A stretch of DNA of 64,000 bases from Monosiga brevicollis MX1 (lineage: Eukaryota), in assembly GCF_000002865.3 (NCBI RefSeq), contig NW_001865049.1, positions 316,331-380,330 of the forward strand. Direction: 5' to 3'. Position 1 is the first letter of the stretch. Each line of letters starts with the position of its first letter. This document shows, piece after piece, positions 43,617-56,049 of the stretch. The notes under the pieces are model-generated. The model saw only the letters and a list, made by a program, of their open reading frames with translations. It had not been told where the DNA came from and did not search any database. The translations under genes were made by a program, and so were the position numbers.

Positions 43617-43997
43617 GATGGGGATACCGAGCAGAGCGCACGCCAATGAATGAGCGTCGGCAGCCGTGCGCACAATCGGGCCGTCTGTGACGTTATGATT
43701 CCAAAGGCAAACCGGATGGCAGGTGCGCAGGCGTATACGAGGGTCTGTCTGATTGTTTTTGTGTTGTCGTGATCAGCGACCCGTGCGAGAGAGAGAAAAT
43801 GAATGGCACGGTGTGTGTCGTGGGCGCACAAGCATCAACAACTGGATCTCTCTCTCTCTCTCTCACTCTCTCTCTCTCTCTGTGAGAGAAAAAAAGCCAG
43901 GGACTGGGCTGGACGGGGGCTGGCTGACGCGGACAGTCGTGATAAACAACCACCAGCTGTAAGCTGTAGCCAACCCTGTCTGTCTCACTCGACCACC

Positions 43998-44038
43998 AAG
44001 CCCCAGAGCCCCAGAGAGCCCCAGAGAGAGCCCCAGCC
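43998..44038. repeat. Short tandem repeat of (AGCCCCAGAG)-like units
   Basis: Four agccccag cores with variable AG spacers. Confidence 0.8.
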
Positions 44039-44739
44039 AAGCGAGCGCGCGCCGTCACACACGCACAACACACACGAGAGAGGTTTTTTTGTTTTTTTTT
44101 TGCTGCAACGGCCAGGAGCCTTGATGTCTGTGTGTGTAACGAACGAGTATAGCGGAACGAGTAACGTACTGGGAAAGGGGTTACCAACGTAACGTGAAAA
44201 TGGTGTTTGCCCTTGGCGTGTCATCATCATCGTGTCATGATGATGATGAGTTGTTGGTGTTAAGCTTGTTGGTGTAAAGGCTTGTTCGGTCATGTTACTG
44301 CAGCAGCTGGGAGAGTTGATGTTGGGAGGCCTCTCTCTCTCTCTCTTTCTCTTTCTCTCTCTCTCTCTTTACTTTCTCTCTCTCTCCCACGTGATGATGA
44401 TGAGATGAAATCGGGACACGTAACGTTGCCCATTAGACTTGATCATGATGTTGTCATGCGCTTCGCACATGCGGTGGTTCAGGTGTAACCGTCATCACAC
44501 TTTTGGATCATGGCAGCTCCCACACTGAAAATTGTCAGCATCGTCAGTTGTTGCGCAATGGGGGTGGAGGCGTTTGGAGCGGGTGGTACGCTCACACTCG
44601 CTTGTTCGGGGCATACAATCAAGGCTGCAATATGGTGCAGCGAGGCATTGGCGATGGGATCACCAAGATTCAAAAAAGTGGGCCAGAAACAAAACGGAAT
44701 TGGGCTGAACGGATTCATGGCTAGAAGCTGCTCAATTCA

Positions 44740-45021
44740 TTACAGATCAGTCTCGCCGTCGGCTCCCGGACCCTCCTCGTATTCCAGGGTCAGACGGCGC
44801 GTCGGGCTAGGCTGGTCGGGATCGGCATCAACCTCATCCCTATCATCCTGCTGCTCTGTCCCTGTGGCAGAACGCGTGGGCAGAACCTGTGGCGTCATCG
44901 TCGTCGGCTCTGCCCCTCGTGGTGGTGGTGGCATCTCGCCCAAAAACTGCGGAAGCTGCCCATCCGAAAACCAAACAGAGGCATGAGCCCGGATATCCCA
45001 TGCACCATCAACAAGAACTGA

Positions 45022-45055
<34 letters not shown>

Positions 45056-48000
45056 CGTCGTCTGGCCCCGATTCCATTGAAAGCCTGTCGCAAGCACACG
45101 CAACCAGACATTAAATGGGTGAGCAATCAACGAAATCCCATGTCCCATGTCCCATGTTCACTCGACTCCCGACTCGATGTCCAGCCCTTCACACGCCTTG
45201 CTCTGGTCACAGCACGTACCCAGACTGGTGGCCCTGTGAACGGCTGCTGCGTGTCTGAAGCCTGCACGTGAATCAACATGAGCTGGACGCCATGGCCCGC
45301 ATTGTCCAGAGCCACCTCCGATTTCACAAATCATGGCCTCTCGAACTTACCGTGCTGCGTCAGATACACGCCGTTGCATCAACAAGGGCGACGGCGGTTC
45401 AGATCGAGACAAGGACAGCTCCTGCCCGTTCCCACACCAGATCAGACCGCCCATGAATCGGCATAGGTGCAACAGAAAACAACACAAGATGAAGAAAATC
45501 AAGGCATATCGCCACAACATACGGCAGCATCAGGCATGGAGGACTTTGGTCGACGACGCAACAAGCCCGACAGAGCTCCTCGCGAGCGACGTGGCGTGGT
45601 GGCACTACTCCCATCCAATGAAGCTTGGAGGGCAGCTTGCTGTTGCCTGGCACAAGCAAAAAAAAAAAACGGGTAATGATAGCGTGAATAAATATAACTC
45701 TCCAATCACTCTCCTGCCTGCAAAACGGCACAATGATGTTCGGGTGCACGACGCACCGTTCAGCCTCATTGATGAGCTGCATTTGCTTGTGGGCCAAGAG
45801 GCGGTGATACTCCTCCTCCGCCTCGCGAACCATGACGAGCTCATCCTCCGTGGGTGTCGGAAGCTTACGCACCACGTCGACCAACAAGGCCGCCGCCGTG
45901 TGTCGAGCGTCATCGTCCCCGATGGCCCTGCGTATGAGAAACCCCGACACAGCCACGCTGAGTGTCCAGCACCCAACACCTGCCCGAGCCAAGCATCCTC
46001 ATCTCATCCCTACGCCCACCACCAGCACCAAGCACCCTCGCAATTTCCAACTCACTCGGGCATGGCCGGAATGCAGTCCAGTAAGAGACGGTTGAGTCGA
46101 GCAAAGCAGCGGGGCGCGGCCTGCAAGAATAGGCTGCATGGCATCTGCTGAGCCGGACAGTTGCACAGAACCTGAATCACCGTGCCCATCATGCCCATAT
46201 GCTTCTGCACAAAGTCATTCAGAGGAAGCATGTATGGCTCCTTCTGCCCAAAGAGGACGCCGTTGGCCAAGTTTTGCAGCACTTTAGAAATGAGCGTCAA
46301 AGACCGTGCCACGCCAGCCTCGGGAATGTCCTCTTGCAGTTCAAAGAGCTGGGGGTTCAAGATTGCTGGACAAATCAAGCGAAGAAAGAAAAAGCCGACG
46401 ACTGCCGACTTGGGTGCTTCCTCATCTCCCGGGAATTTGGCGCGCACCGATGAGTGCAAGTGGTGAAACACATATTTCAGCTCGCGCGGCACCTGATCGA
46501 GTGCGCCCGTAATACTTTTCCATATCGCCTGAGCGTAGCTGACCAAAGCTTTTTCGTTGGCAGCCAAGTCCCGCATGGGATCCACGCTATCCACCCGCGT
46601 GGGATCCATTTCACATGATGTCTTTAGGTCGTACAGCGCTTGAATATGGCTTGATAAGATATCCACCAAGTACGTGCCCTGATGAATGCAAAGCTCCTTC
46701 ATCAGATAGTCCAGGCCCTTGGACGCCAACGAGTTGCCGCGAAACAAGGTCTCCGGATGTGTTGCCGCCTAGAAAGGGTAGCCACACCTCATTGGATGAT
46801 GTGAGCGCCGTTCTTAACCAAGAAAGCCCCAAGTCTCTCTGGACGCAACTACCCGCACTACTTTCAGAGTTTGCCCGGCCTCCTTCCTCTTCTCAAAAAA
46901 AAAAAAGAAAAAGGAATAATCAAAAGAATAATAACAAAAAGCGATTCAAAAAAAAGCGCCACGCACCTGCACCTCAGCTCGAAGCATGGTGATCATGACC
47001 GACAACAAGGCATTGTTGGCCTGCGCTGTTGACAAGACGGCCTATCATTCACGTGGTTCCAAACGCCAGGCGAAACCAGAAGTAGGTGGCACTGAGTCAT
47101 CGCCGGACTTGATACAGCTGGCATGCTCGACGGCTTGACGCGCAGTTGCAATGCAAGGAAGGCACATGGCTGAACCATACCGTCGCAAGATCGACGCGTT
47201 GTGCGGATGGAACCGCTGCGTCCATCAGCTGGCAAATTGGAAGCAACAGCTGTGCACAACCAAAGTATGACGTGGTGATTTAGACTGGTTTCCCAACGTC
47301 TCTGCGGATATAGCTCATAGCTGACACGTAGCAGTACAAAGACAGACCTCATTCGAAGGCTTAAAGGCATCTCGAAGTTCCTTATACACTGGTGCTGACC
47401 GGATGTACTCATCTGAGCAAAGCAGAGCAGCCCAGACCATGAAATTAATGGGCAAGAAGCCATGCTGGGAATCGTTGCATGCAAAGAACCCTCGAACAAC
47501 ACGAGCTCGGTGCCGCAAGAACTCACCGGTATGCGTTACATTTAGTCGAATGCGGCCAACTAGGTCACCTACAGTGGGGAAACGTGGAGAAGATGATAGA
47601 AGCGGCGGTATGAGCGTGAGCGCATCTGAACGACGGCAGCTGGACGTGATGCTCAAACATGTTGCTTAGCCAGGCCCTGGATGGGACACAAAAAAAGAAC
47701 GATGATGGTCGATCCATACCGTCCCCGGAGAGTAAGGAATGCCACTCGTCGTGCGCACCACCCATGGTGTTGGCAGAGATGAGAACTTCGGCACGTCTGC
47801 ATCCACACGTGCCGGCAGTCACCATGATATCAACACCTCGCACTCGCTGAAGCTTGACATTACTGTAGCAACAAAAAAACAGATAAAAAAAAAGAAAAAA
47901 AGAGAAGAAGAACGACGAACCCGACGACATCGGCATCGCGTCGGTCTTTGATGCCAGAGCCAGCCGAGAACTCGGTGGCTGACACTCGACTCCTGCCGGC

Positions 48001-51000
48001 AATAGGACGTACGAGAGCGTCAGTCGCACAAACCAGCAGGGCAGACCTACTTCCCCTACCGCCACCAAACTCACCCCTTGCGCGGCGAGGGATCAGCGCG
48101 CGCAATCGACGCCACCTTGCGCTTCAGGGCCGCAGCTTGATGCCGCGCCGTCGCGCTCAAGGCACTCGAGGCTCTGTCAAGCAAACCCAAGTTGACCGGG
48201 TGAGCGTGAGCCTGATCTCATTGGGGACTTGCATTCGGCCGCTCACTATACAGAGGGGAGGCAGCTACGTACTTGACAATCTGGATGATGACGCGCTCAA
48301 ATTGCAGAGGTACATCATCGAATTCAAAGCTCTGGCCCCAGTACGGCTCGGTGGTGGCGCTTTTCACCTACAGACGGCACCGCCGCCCGGCAGCGATGTT
48401 GACGGAAACTCCGGTGGGTCAGCGCGACGCGACGTGCCCCTCCTCAAACGTTGCTGGTGAAAGCACGCACGAGCCCACCTGTGTGCGCGCTTGACGCTCA
48501 TCATCCAGCAAAACCTCAGCTACGTAGTCCCCACTTTTTATCAGCTCCTTGGCCTCGGTGACCTTGACACTGATGGAGCGCACGAGGTGTGGGCGCTGAT
48601 CCACGTTGGTGGGCGGCTGGCAAATGTGCGTCAATTCGTTGAACCAGCGGTGGTATGTCTCCCGGTCTGGGCATGCTACGCAGATTGTGCGAGATCTACG
48701 GCGACAGCGAACAGAGCGAGGTGAAAAAGAAGACATAGGAGATTGAAAGGGAACGACAAAGAGGCAGGACGACACGATCAGACGGATTGCAGCCCCGCGC
48801 CCGTGCAAGGCTCCTCGGTGGCTTGTACTGACTGATTAATCACTTGAAAAACGTGCGGTCGGCCAAACAAGGATGCGTGCACGGGTCGCACAACTCGGTT
48901 GCCAAAGGGTAACGTCACCACCAATTTGGGGTGGTCCGCCTGCCATCAGAATGTCAAAATATACATGAAACAGCAAGTTGACTGCACACACCCTGGTCGG
49001 TTGTTCAAGCCCCACGGGGTCAGGAAACACGGCGGATCGATGAAGATGAAACAAGTGTTCCTGCGTACGTTGTCGGATTCATATTGGTAAAGCCGGCGTT
49101 TATGGCGCACAACGAGAAACAGATAGTCTTTGAAAGGCCTGCTCAGTCCGGGTTGGATTCCATTGCGGGCAGGCAGGTGTTACAGATATGAGACGTGACA
49201 TAGCCAGGTGATCTGCTATCGAAGGAAGCCGATGGCAGGCACTTTACAGACTTGATGGTGTCCATGCTCTTGGCTTGCAAATGTGCTTTGAGGGTGGGCG
49301 CAACAACGCTTGTCACAGGCATGTCCATGTCATCATCGGCGGTGCTTGCCTGGCGCAAGGTTGAGACACCATGGGTGAGATCATGAAGATTGGGGGCCGA
49401 CAATCCTGACAGACGACATCAGGGACAAGTAGGGGCCCAGGCTAAACTGACTTCGGCGATGCGTTCCTCAAGGTCGGCGCGCACTTGCAGTCGCTGAATG
49501 ACGTGGGCCAGCTTCAGCTGGGCGTCGTCACTTTCCAGTGTTGTATCTCTGAACAGACCCCAAAACGGCAAAATAATGCGAAAAGAATGCGAAAAGAATG
49601 CGTTCAAGGCAAGCCCGGCACGTGAGAGAGCGTGTGGGTGCTGGTATAGCTTCTGGGCCGTCAAGAAGAGCTCCGACGCACCGTGCGATTTGCGCCGCCC
49701 GGATGAGGGCTTGGCGTAAGCGCCAACTGCGATCTTCTTCCTTCATCTCCAATTGCTGCACACAAGAACCCGCCACAAAGCACATACGCACGTGCACATG
49801 ATTGGGTCGACGCGCCAGTGCAACGGCAGAGCACACGGTGAAGATTCAAAGGTCTGCAACGTACCTCCAGCACCTGCGGCATTTGCAAATTGTAATGATC
49901 TTGCTGCGCCTAGAACGGCAGCGCACACAATAAAAAGAGTGAGTACAAGTGTACAAGCAAGACACAAACATAACACCTGAGCAAAGCGCCTTGCAACTTA
50001 CCTCCTTGCAGGCCTGCTCCTGGTCTTGAAGCTTGGCGCGGGCGTCTTCAGCCTTGGACTCTGCCGCCTGATGCTTGGCTTCGAGTTTGCTCACGGCCGA
50101 CGCTTTGGCACCAGGGTTGGATTGGGCGCGATCACGATTGGACCGAGTCTCATCGGCCTCCTTGGTGGCAGTGTGATGGGCTGATTGCAGCCTCTTGAGC
50201 TCAGTGTAGCTATCCTTGAGCTGCTTTTGCAGGCGCTGTCCCTCCAAAACTTGCTGCGGTGGAGAAGAGCAAGAAGGGCGACGCAAGGCAAAAGCACATG
50301 AGTTCATTCGGTTTGCTAAACGCGGGCGAACCCAACAAAGGCCGCGCCGCTCGTACGTGTTTGCGAAATGTTTCGGTTTCGCGACAGCATTGAGCCAGTT
50401 CATCCACCACGTCGTTTAACAATCTTTGCGCCATGATTTCCTGTACGAATCAAACAAAGGAGAAGACCCCATATCACGACGCAACCACGTTGACGTTGGA
50501 TCGATGTGCCACTGCGGGACACTGGAAAAGCAGGAACACTGGAAAAGCACTACATGTGCACACGAAAAATGACCAAGAGGCGACGGACGGAGCTCGTACG
50601 TGGCGGCGCGCCGTGGCAAAGGTTTCCTGAATCATCAAGTAGACGCCCGACATGATACCAGAGGAGCTGAGGAAGTTGATTAGACAAAGGACCGTGAGGT
50701 AGTTGCGGGAGGCATCCAACTTGCAGTCGCTGGACTGGCGAGGCGTTTGGGCAACGAGGCACAACGCACGATGCACTGTCATCCGTCACGGTGCCCAGGT
50801 CCAAGGCTTTATCGTCGGGAACAAGGTCTTTGAATTGAGCATGAATGCGTTCTAGAATGTCATTTGCGTGTGCGTGGCTGGGTGAGAGTGTGTTGCTGCC
50901 AACGAGGCGGGGATAGGCTGTCGTGGGAGCGAGGCAGAGGTGCGGACCGAGGCTGCGGCTGTACTCGAGTTCAGCCTGCTGGCGACGCTTGATCAGACTG

Positions 51001-51216
51001 AGAACATCGCGGGAAAATTTGAGACCATCTTCCGTGATGCGCGCAGCGCTATCAAAGGAAAACTACAGTCAATTGATGAGCCATGAGGACAAAGGTGTCG
51101 ATCAGTCGTTAATCGTCAACGAGCGAGATGGGACCTCGACGCACCAAGAGGTGGGATTTGAAAGAGGCCTGACGGGCATCGATGGGCGTCAGATACTTGG
51201 GTGGTTGCATGGTCAT
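44740..51216 (-). CDS. F-BAR-PH-C2-RasGAP protein with C-terminal ETDL (class I PDZ-ligand-like), multi-exon
   Basis: FCH motif FKSHLL|FSFDSAARITEDGLKFSRDVLSLIKRRQQAELEYSRSL; F-BAR helices (...QDHYNLQMPQVLE|QLEMKEEDR); PH-like end CPDRETYHRWFNEL; C2 SISVKVTEAKEL...PYWGQSFEF; RasGAP TLFRGNSLASK, FFFLRLICPAILNP, LISKVLQNLAN, KEPYM. Confidence 0.82.
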
Positions 51217-51688
51217 GGCAGAGGTGAACACCCGCGCGATGCGGGCCTTGTCCAAAGCTTCAGCCAAGCTGAGCTGACCGCCCGAGCCGCGCCAAAGACC
51301 AGTTGGTTGTCCAATTGCCAGCACCACCTAACATGCAAATGCAGTTGCAGGTGGTATGACATTGTATTTCTCGGGCGCGCCGACTGTCTCGGCTTGAATC
51401 AAAGCCAACAGGGTTGCAAAAGTCGAGCGCAAGACCAGGCATCACTCTTACCTGCCCCACCAAAGCAGCTCACCCTCACGGCTCTAGGTTGGTCCGATTC
51501 GGGACAAGACACAACAGGGAGGAGTGCCCGGCTCTCACAAGCCAAGCGTCCTTGAAGTCGAGCAAGAGACCGTGGCACCCAGTCTCATCCCCTTGATTGC
51601 CCAGCACCCAGCCAGATCCAAAGAGCTTTGACTACAGTAGATGACCAGGCGCCAGTTCCCCCCAGCGCTCCGCTGCGCTGCACGACCG

Positions 51689-51856
<168 letters not shown>

Positions 51857-52573
51857 ACAAAAACCCCGACGACAGCAACGAAGAAGAAGAGGAAGTGCTT
51901 CAGGCTCGTAAGTGTGAGACTTGAACACAGCAATGCAGTTGGTATGCAGTGTATGTGTGTGTAAAGGCAGTTCGTCAGGCCAAACGCATTGTGAATAAAA
52001 TGTCTGACATCGGATGTCAGATCGTTCGGACCGGATTACTGTTTGATGATATGAGTATCGTGTCCGGCGTAGAGGAGGGGGCGGGCGAAGACACGGTCAT
52101 GTTATCATGAAGATTGATGCGGGATTCAATTGGCTTCGGAAGAGGCAGAGCAAAACCCCCAAAAAAAGAAAAAAAAAAAAGAAAAGAAAAGAGGAAAAAG
52201 CCGCAGCACAGCTGGGAAAAACTCCCGAGTTGCGACGGTGCCTGGGGCGAGCAGCAGCCAGAACAGGAAAAGACGACAAAAAAGGGACATGGCCACTGCT
52301 ATTCACGCGCACACACAGGCGGCCCTTCATGGGAACAGACACTCTAAAGTGAACTGAAGGACAAGGGACCGAGGGAAAAAAAGCAAAAGGAAAGGAAAGG
52401 AAGAACATCACAAATGTAGGAACAACAAAGAAAAAGAAAAGAACGAACCAAAAGGAAACCTTCCCTGGCATGGTCCAGATTCAACTACGCGCAGAGTAGG
52501 AAGACGAGGACAGTCATAAAAGACGGGGGCCAGGTGGGCGTAGTGCAGGGTGCAGGGTGCGGCGTTCAGCCAC

Positions 52574-53371
52574 TTATTGAGTGGACTTGGCATCCTTGGC
52601 CTTACGCATCACGGAGATGTTGCCCTTGCCCCAGTGGATGAGGAGGGTCTCGCGGATGAGGAAGAGCATGGTGGCAATCTGGGCGATGGAGAAGAAGCAC
52701 CAGATGCTGGCCTGCTCCATAAGGTTATCGGAGATGAAGGCGGCCATGACGGGGCCAAAGAGGAAGAGGAAGAGACCCTGAACAACCATGCCCTTCTTCT
52801 CGTAGAGGGCGAAGAAGGGGGCAAACATCAAGAAGGAGTGGATGGAGGCAGACATGACGTAGTAGGAGGGATCGGCCATGGGGACCGACCAGCCGAGGTG
52901 AACCATGCTCTGGGTCTTGAAGGTGCAGAGCTTGTCACCACGCAGCCACTCGGTGGAGGGGCTGGTCTCGGGGTTGACGTCCATGGTGTTGAGTTGGGGC
53001 ACGAAGGAGAGGGGGTAGCGCATGAAGAGGAGGAAGCCGCCGATGAGACACAGACGCTTCACGACAACGTAGCGGTCGCGGTACTTCTCGCTCTTGGTGA
53101 GGCTGGCGTTGATCACATGGCAGTAGTAGGGCTGGAGGCAGATGTGGAGGAAACCGAGGAGGGTCAGGACCTGGTTCACCAAGGTGTCGCAGGTGGGATC
53201 AGACAGACCCGAGGCGATGTAGATGTACTGGATGGCCTGAAGAAACTCCATGGTAAAGAAGAAGAAGACGCCCGACGCCAGCTCCGTGTTGTTGGTCTTG
53301 GAGTAGATCCACCAGGAAGCGAAGAGGCCGACGGCGGCAAAGCCGGCCGACATTTCACCGGTGAAGCACAT
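52574..53371 (-). CDS. Intronless polytopic membrane protein (~265 aa), DUF5765-like
   Basis: Single uninterrupted ORF MCFTGEMS...MEFLQ...HICLQP...LCTF...HLGW...EQASIWC with about 6-7 hydrophobic segments and strong C/G-ending codon bias; family name is from recalled motifs. Confidence 0.8.
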   Translation of the reverse strand: MCFTGEMSAGFAAVGLFASWWIYSKTNNTELASGVFFFFTMEFLQAIQYIYIASGLSDPTCDTLVNQVLTLLGFLHICLQPYYCHVINASLTKSEKYRDRYVVVKRLCLIGGFLLFMRYPLSFVPQLNTMDVNPETSPSTEWLRGDKLCTFKTQSMVHLGWSVPMADPSYYVMSASIHSFLMFAPFFALYEKKGMVVQGLFLFLFGPVMAAFISDNLMEQASIWCFFSIAQIATMLFLIRETLLIHWGKGNISVMRKAKDAKSTQ

Positions 53372-54215
53372 GATGGCAGGCGCAGGTTGAACGAGAAAGG
53401 TTCTATCAAGACAAGTAGCTCGGCTAAGAGCTACGAGATGCGGCAATGATCCCTGCAAAAAAAAAAAAAAATGCCAGGCGATCTTTCGCATTCACGACCC
53501 AGAGCAATAGCAATAGCAAAGCGCGCACAACGAGATCGGCACGAAAGGCAAAGGGGGGGCCAAAGGGCAAAGCACGCCAGGAAAGGGAGCGCGAGAAACC
53601 TGTTCAACACCTGTCAACGTGGGCACCTCTTGCAACACGTTGAAGGGAAAGAGGTGGTGTGACTCTTTGGCTTGAAGGCTGTTGAAGGGGTTTTGGCTAA
53701 GGATGATGAAACCGATTCAGGTTTTTGCTGACAATCATGCAGTGGATAAGCGACACGTGGGGCACTCGCGTTGAATGTTGCATGGTATAAACACACTTTG
53801 TGTACAGATCGGACACGATTGTAACGGTATTGTGTGATCAACGCTACACTTTGCTCAATTCAAACAGACCCACGCCCACGCCAAAGCGCGATTCCTCGAC
53901 GCTGGGCGACAACAACTGTTCTGGCCAACAGAATTCTGTCAGCATGGGGTCAATCTCTAACCTCGTCCACGGCCACGACCCCCGTCTGGACCAAATCAAA
54001 GTCCGAGGGTATAGTTGGTATAATTACATTTCCGAGGGGGTTGTATTCGTCCGTGCGAGAGTCACATGCGCGCGCGCTCTCTCTCTCTCTTTTTTTTTTT
54101 TTTAAATTTTTTCGAGTGCGGTGCGCTGCTGTCCCCGGCCCGTCCTGTGTCGCTCCGTGCCTTCCGTATTTCTCATTTCTCTGGGCTGCTTTAGGTAATC
54201 AATCAACCAGCAGAC

Positions 54216-54595
54216 ATGGCGTCCAACGAATTGATGGCCAATGAGGTCGAGCTTGAAGCCATTACCGACCTCTTCAACAAGTGAGGCGCAGCCGCAACCG
54301 CAGCCGCGTGCTCGCTGTCTGGAAGCGCGACGGCGGCAGGGCTCACCACCATTGGCGCATCGCTTAGGCTGACGCAGTCTTGCCAGGACAAGTGCGTGAA
54401 CCAGGTTTTCAGTGAATCACCTGAGCTTACCAAGGGCGAGTCGGTTTGCATTGATCGTTGTGTCGCCAAGTTCCTCGAGGTGTGTCCCGCGCTTTTCGCA
54501 TACCGGCTGCACCCAAGAAACGCCTCGGCCCGCGTCGCTAGCAGATGGATTTCTCATGTGCCTCCCTGCCTCTCCTCGCTCTTTCTCTTTCTCTC

Positions 54596-54630
<35 letters not shown>

Positions 54631-54750
54631 CTCTTTCTCTCTTTCTCTCTGCTCGCCTCTCCTCTCTGTCAGGTCCATGAAATGGTCGGCAAGCATATGC
54701 AACAAATGCAGAGCACGGTTGAGGGAGCAGCTGGTGCACCTCCCTCGTAA
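54216..54750 (+). CDS. TIMM10: Mitochondrial import small Tim chaperone Tim10 (3 exons)
   Basis: [20 protein letters not shown]...[25 protein letters not shown]: twin CX3C motif. Confidence 0.93.
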
Positions 54751-56049
54751 TTTTCATTTCGAGTGCTTCCAATGGTCCGGACACTCCGAGTTCCCCAATA
54801 GTCCGGACACCGCCATCGTTTCGCCTTTTCTGTTCATCTCGTTGCTTTCATTCTTTTTTTGGGGGGAAAGCGGGGGGATTCTCCCTGCAATTTTCGACCC
54901 TCGAGCTGGTAGCGCCGCCCTTTCTCTCCACGCTGTCCTTTTTTTTTTTTGTCTTCTTCATCATTTTCTTCTTTTTCTTCTTCTTCTTCTTCTTCTGCCC
55001 ATTAAGCATGGGCCCCTACACAGAACCCATACCCATCTCGCTTTCAAGTGCCGCACTTGATCAGGACTTTGGCCATTGCAGGGGGTTGCTCTCCACTTCT
55101 GTGAGCTCGACACAGCGCCCCGCGGCGCCCGCTGATGTTTGTCCCTCAAATGTTGATGGGGTAGCACCGGGTGTGGGAAGGACTTGGGCGGTGGCTGTCG
55201 TCTGAGAGTGGTTTTTGGCTTGAAAAGCAGTTGGACATGGACCTTCGTTCTTCCCGACGAGCAACGCCAGCAGTCTGCATTTTTTTTCGCTCCTTGGATG
55301 CGGTTTTCTTAAGCTTTTCTATCGCGAGAGATACTCTTCTCTTCAATTCAAAAGTGCGCACTCGCATTCGGGGTGCATGAATTCCCTATGCAACACCATC
55401 AATTGAAGCCAAACTAGGTTTGCTCCTTGTGCACCGCCAACCCACCACATAACACAAGAATATTTTTGCAAACAGCTCTCGATCCCGTAATAGCTTCACA
55501 TGTACTTCAGCATTCGTAGTCAATTTCAGAAGGCTTGAGCACAACCAAGGGGACAAAAAAATCAATGAGACCCATGGACAAAAACATAAACGCCGTAAAC
55601 TCGGAAAAACTCGACGAAAATTCTTTTGAAATTCATTTGAGCGGCACACAGAGCAAACAAGAGAGGCTGTGTGCTTGAACATGCACACACGCACACACAA
55701 GTTCAGTAACCCGCACCGACAGCAAACACGCTCGCCCACGCTTAACAAGTTGAATCCACTCAAGAACAAACAGGCCCAGATCCAAGAATAAGGTATACAC
55801 GGCAAGGCGAATGTACACGAGTGGAACAAGCAAAGCCGGCGAAAGGTGGTGACAATCTTGGTGGTGGCGGACGAGGCAGAGAGAAAACACGACGAACGTT
55901 CTATCCTAGCACACTGTTCAAACTGCGAGCCTTGGTTCTATCACACCCAATGCAGGACCAGAGGGGTGCGCCTGAAGTTACGCCAAAGACCTGGCCCATC
56001 ACGTTTCATTGCGTTCCGCCTTGCAGCGGTTAGAAGCTTGGCGGTTAAC

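Noticed and set aside
52040..52115. Possible SECIS element on the minus strand (ATGA...GA hairpin)
   Set aside because: The core register is off, there is no apical AA, and the upstream CDS has no in-frame TGA.
52550..53449. 299-aa plus-strand ORF
   Set aside because: Antisense shadow of the codon-biased membrane-protein gene.
54960..55900. Short ORFs between TIMM10 and LRMDA
   Set aside because: No recognisable motif or consistent exon chain; likely overlapping 3'UTRs, though a small gene cannot be excluded.
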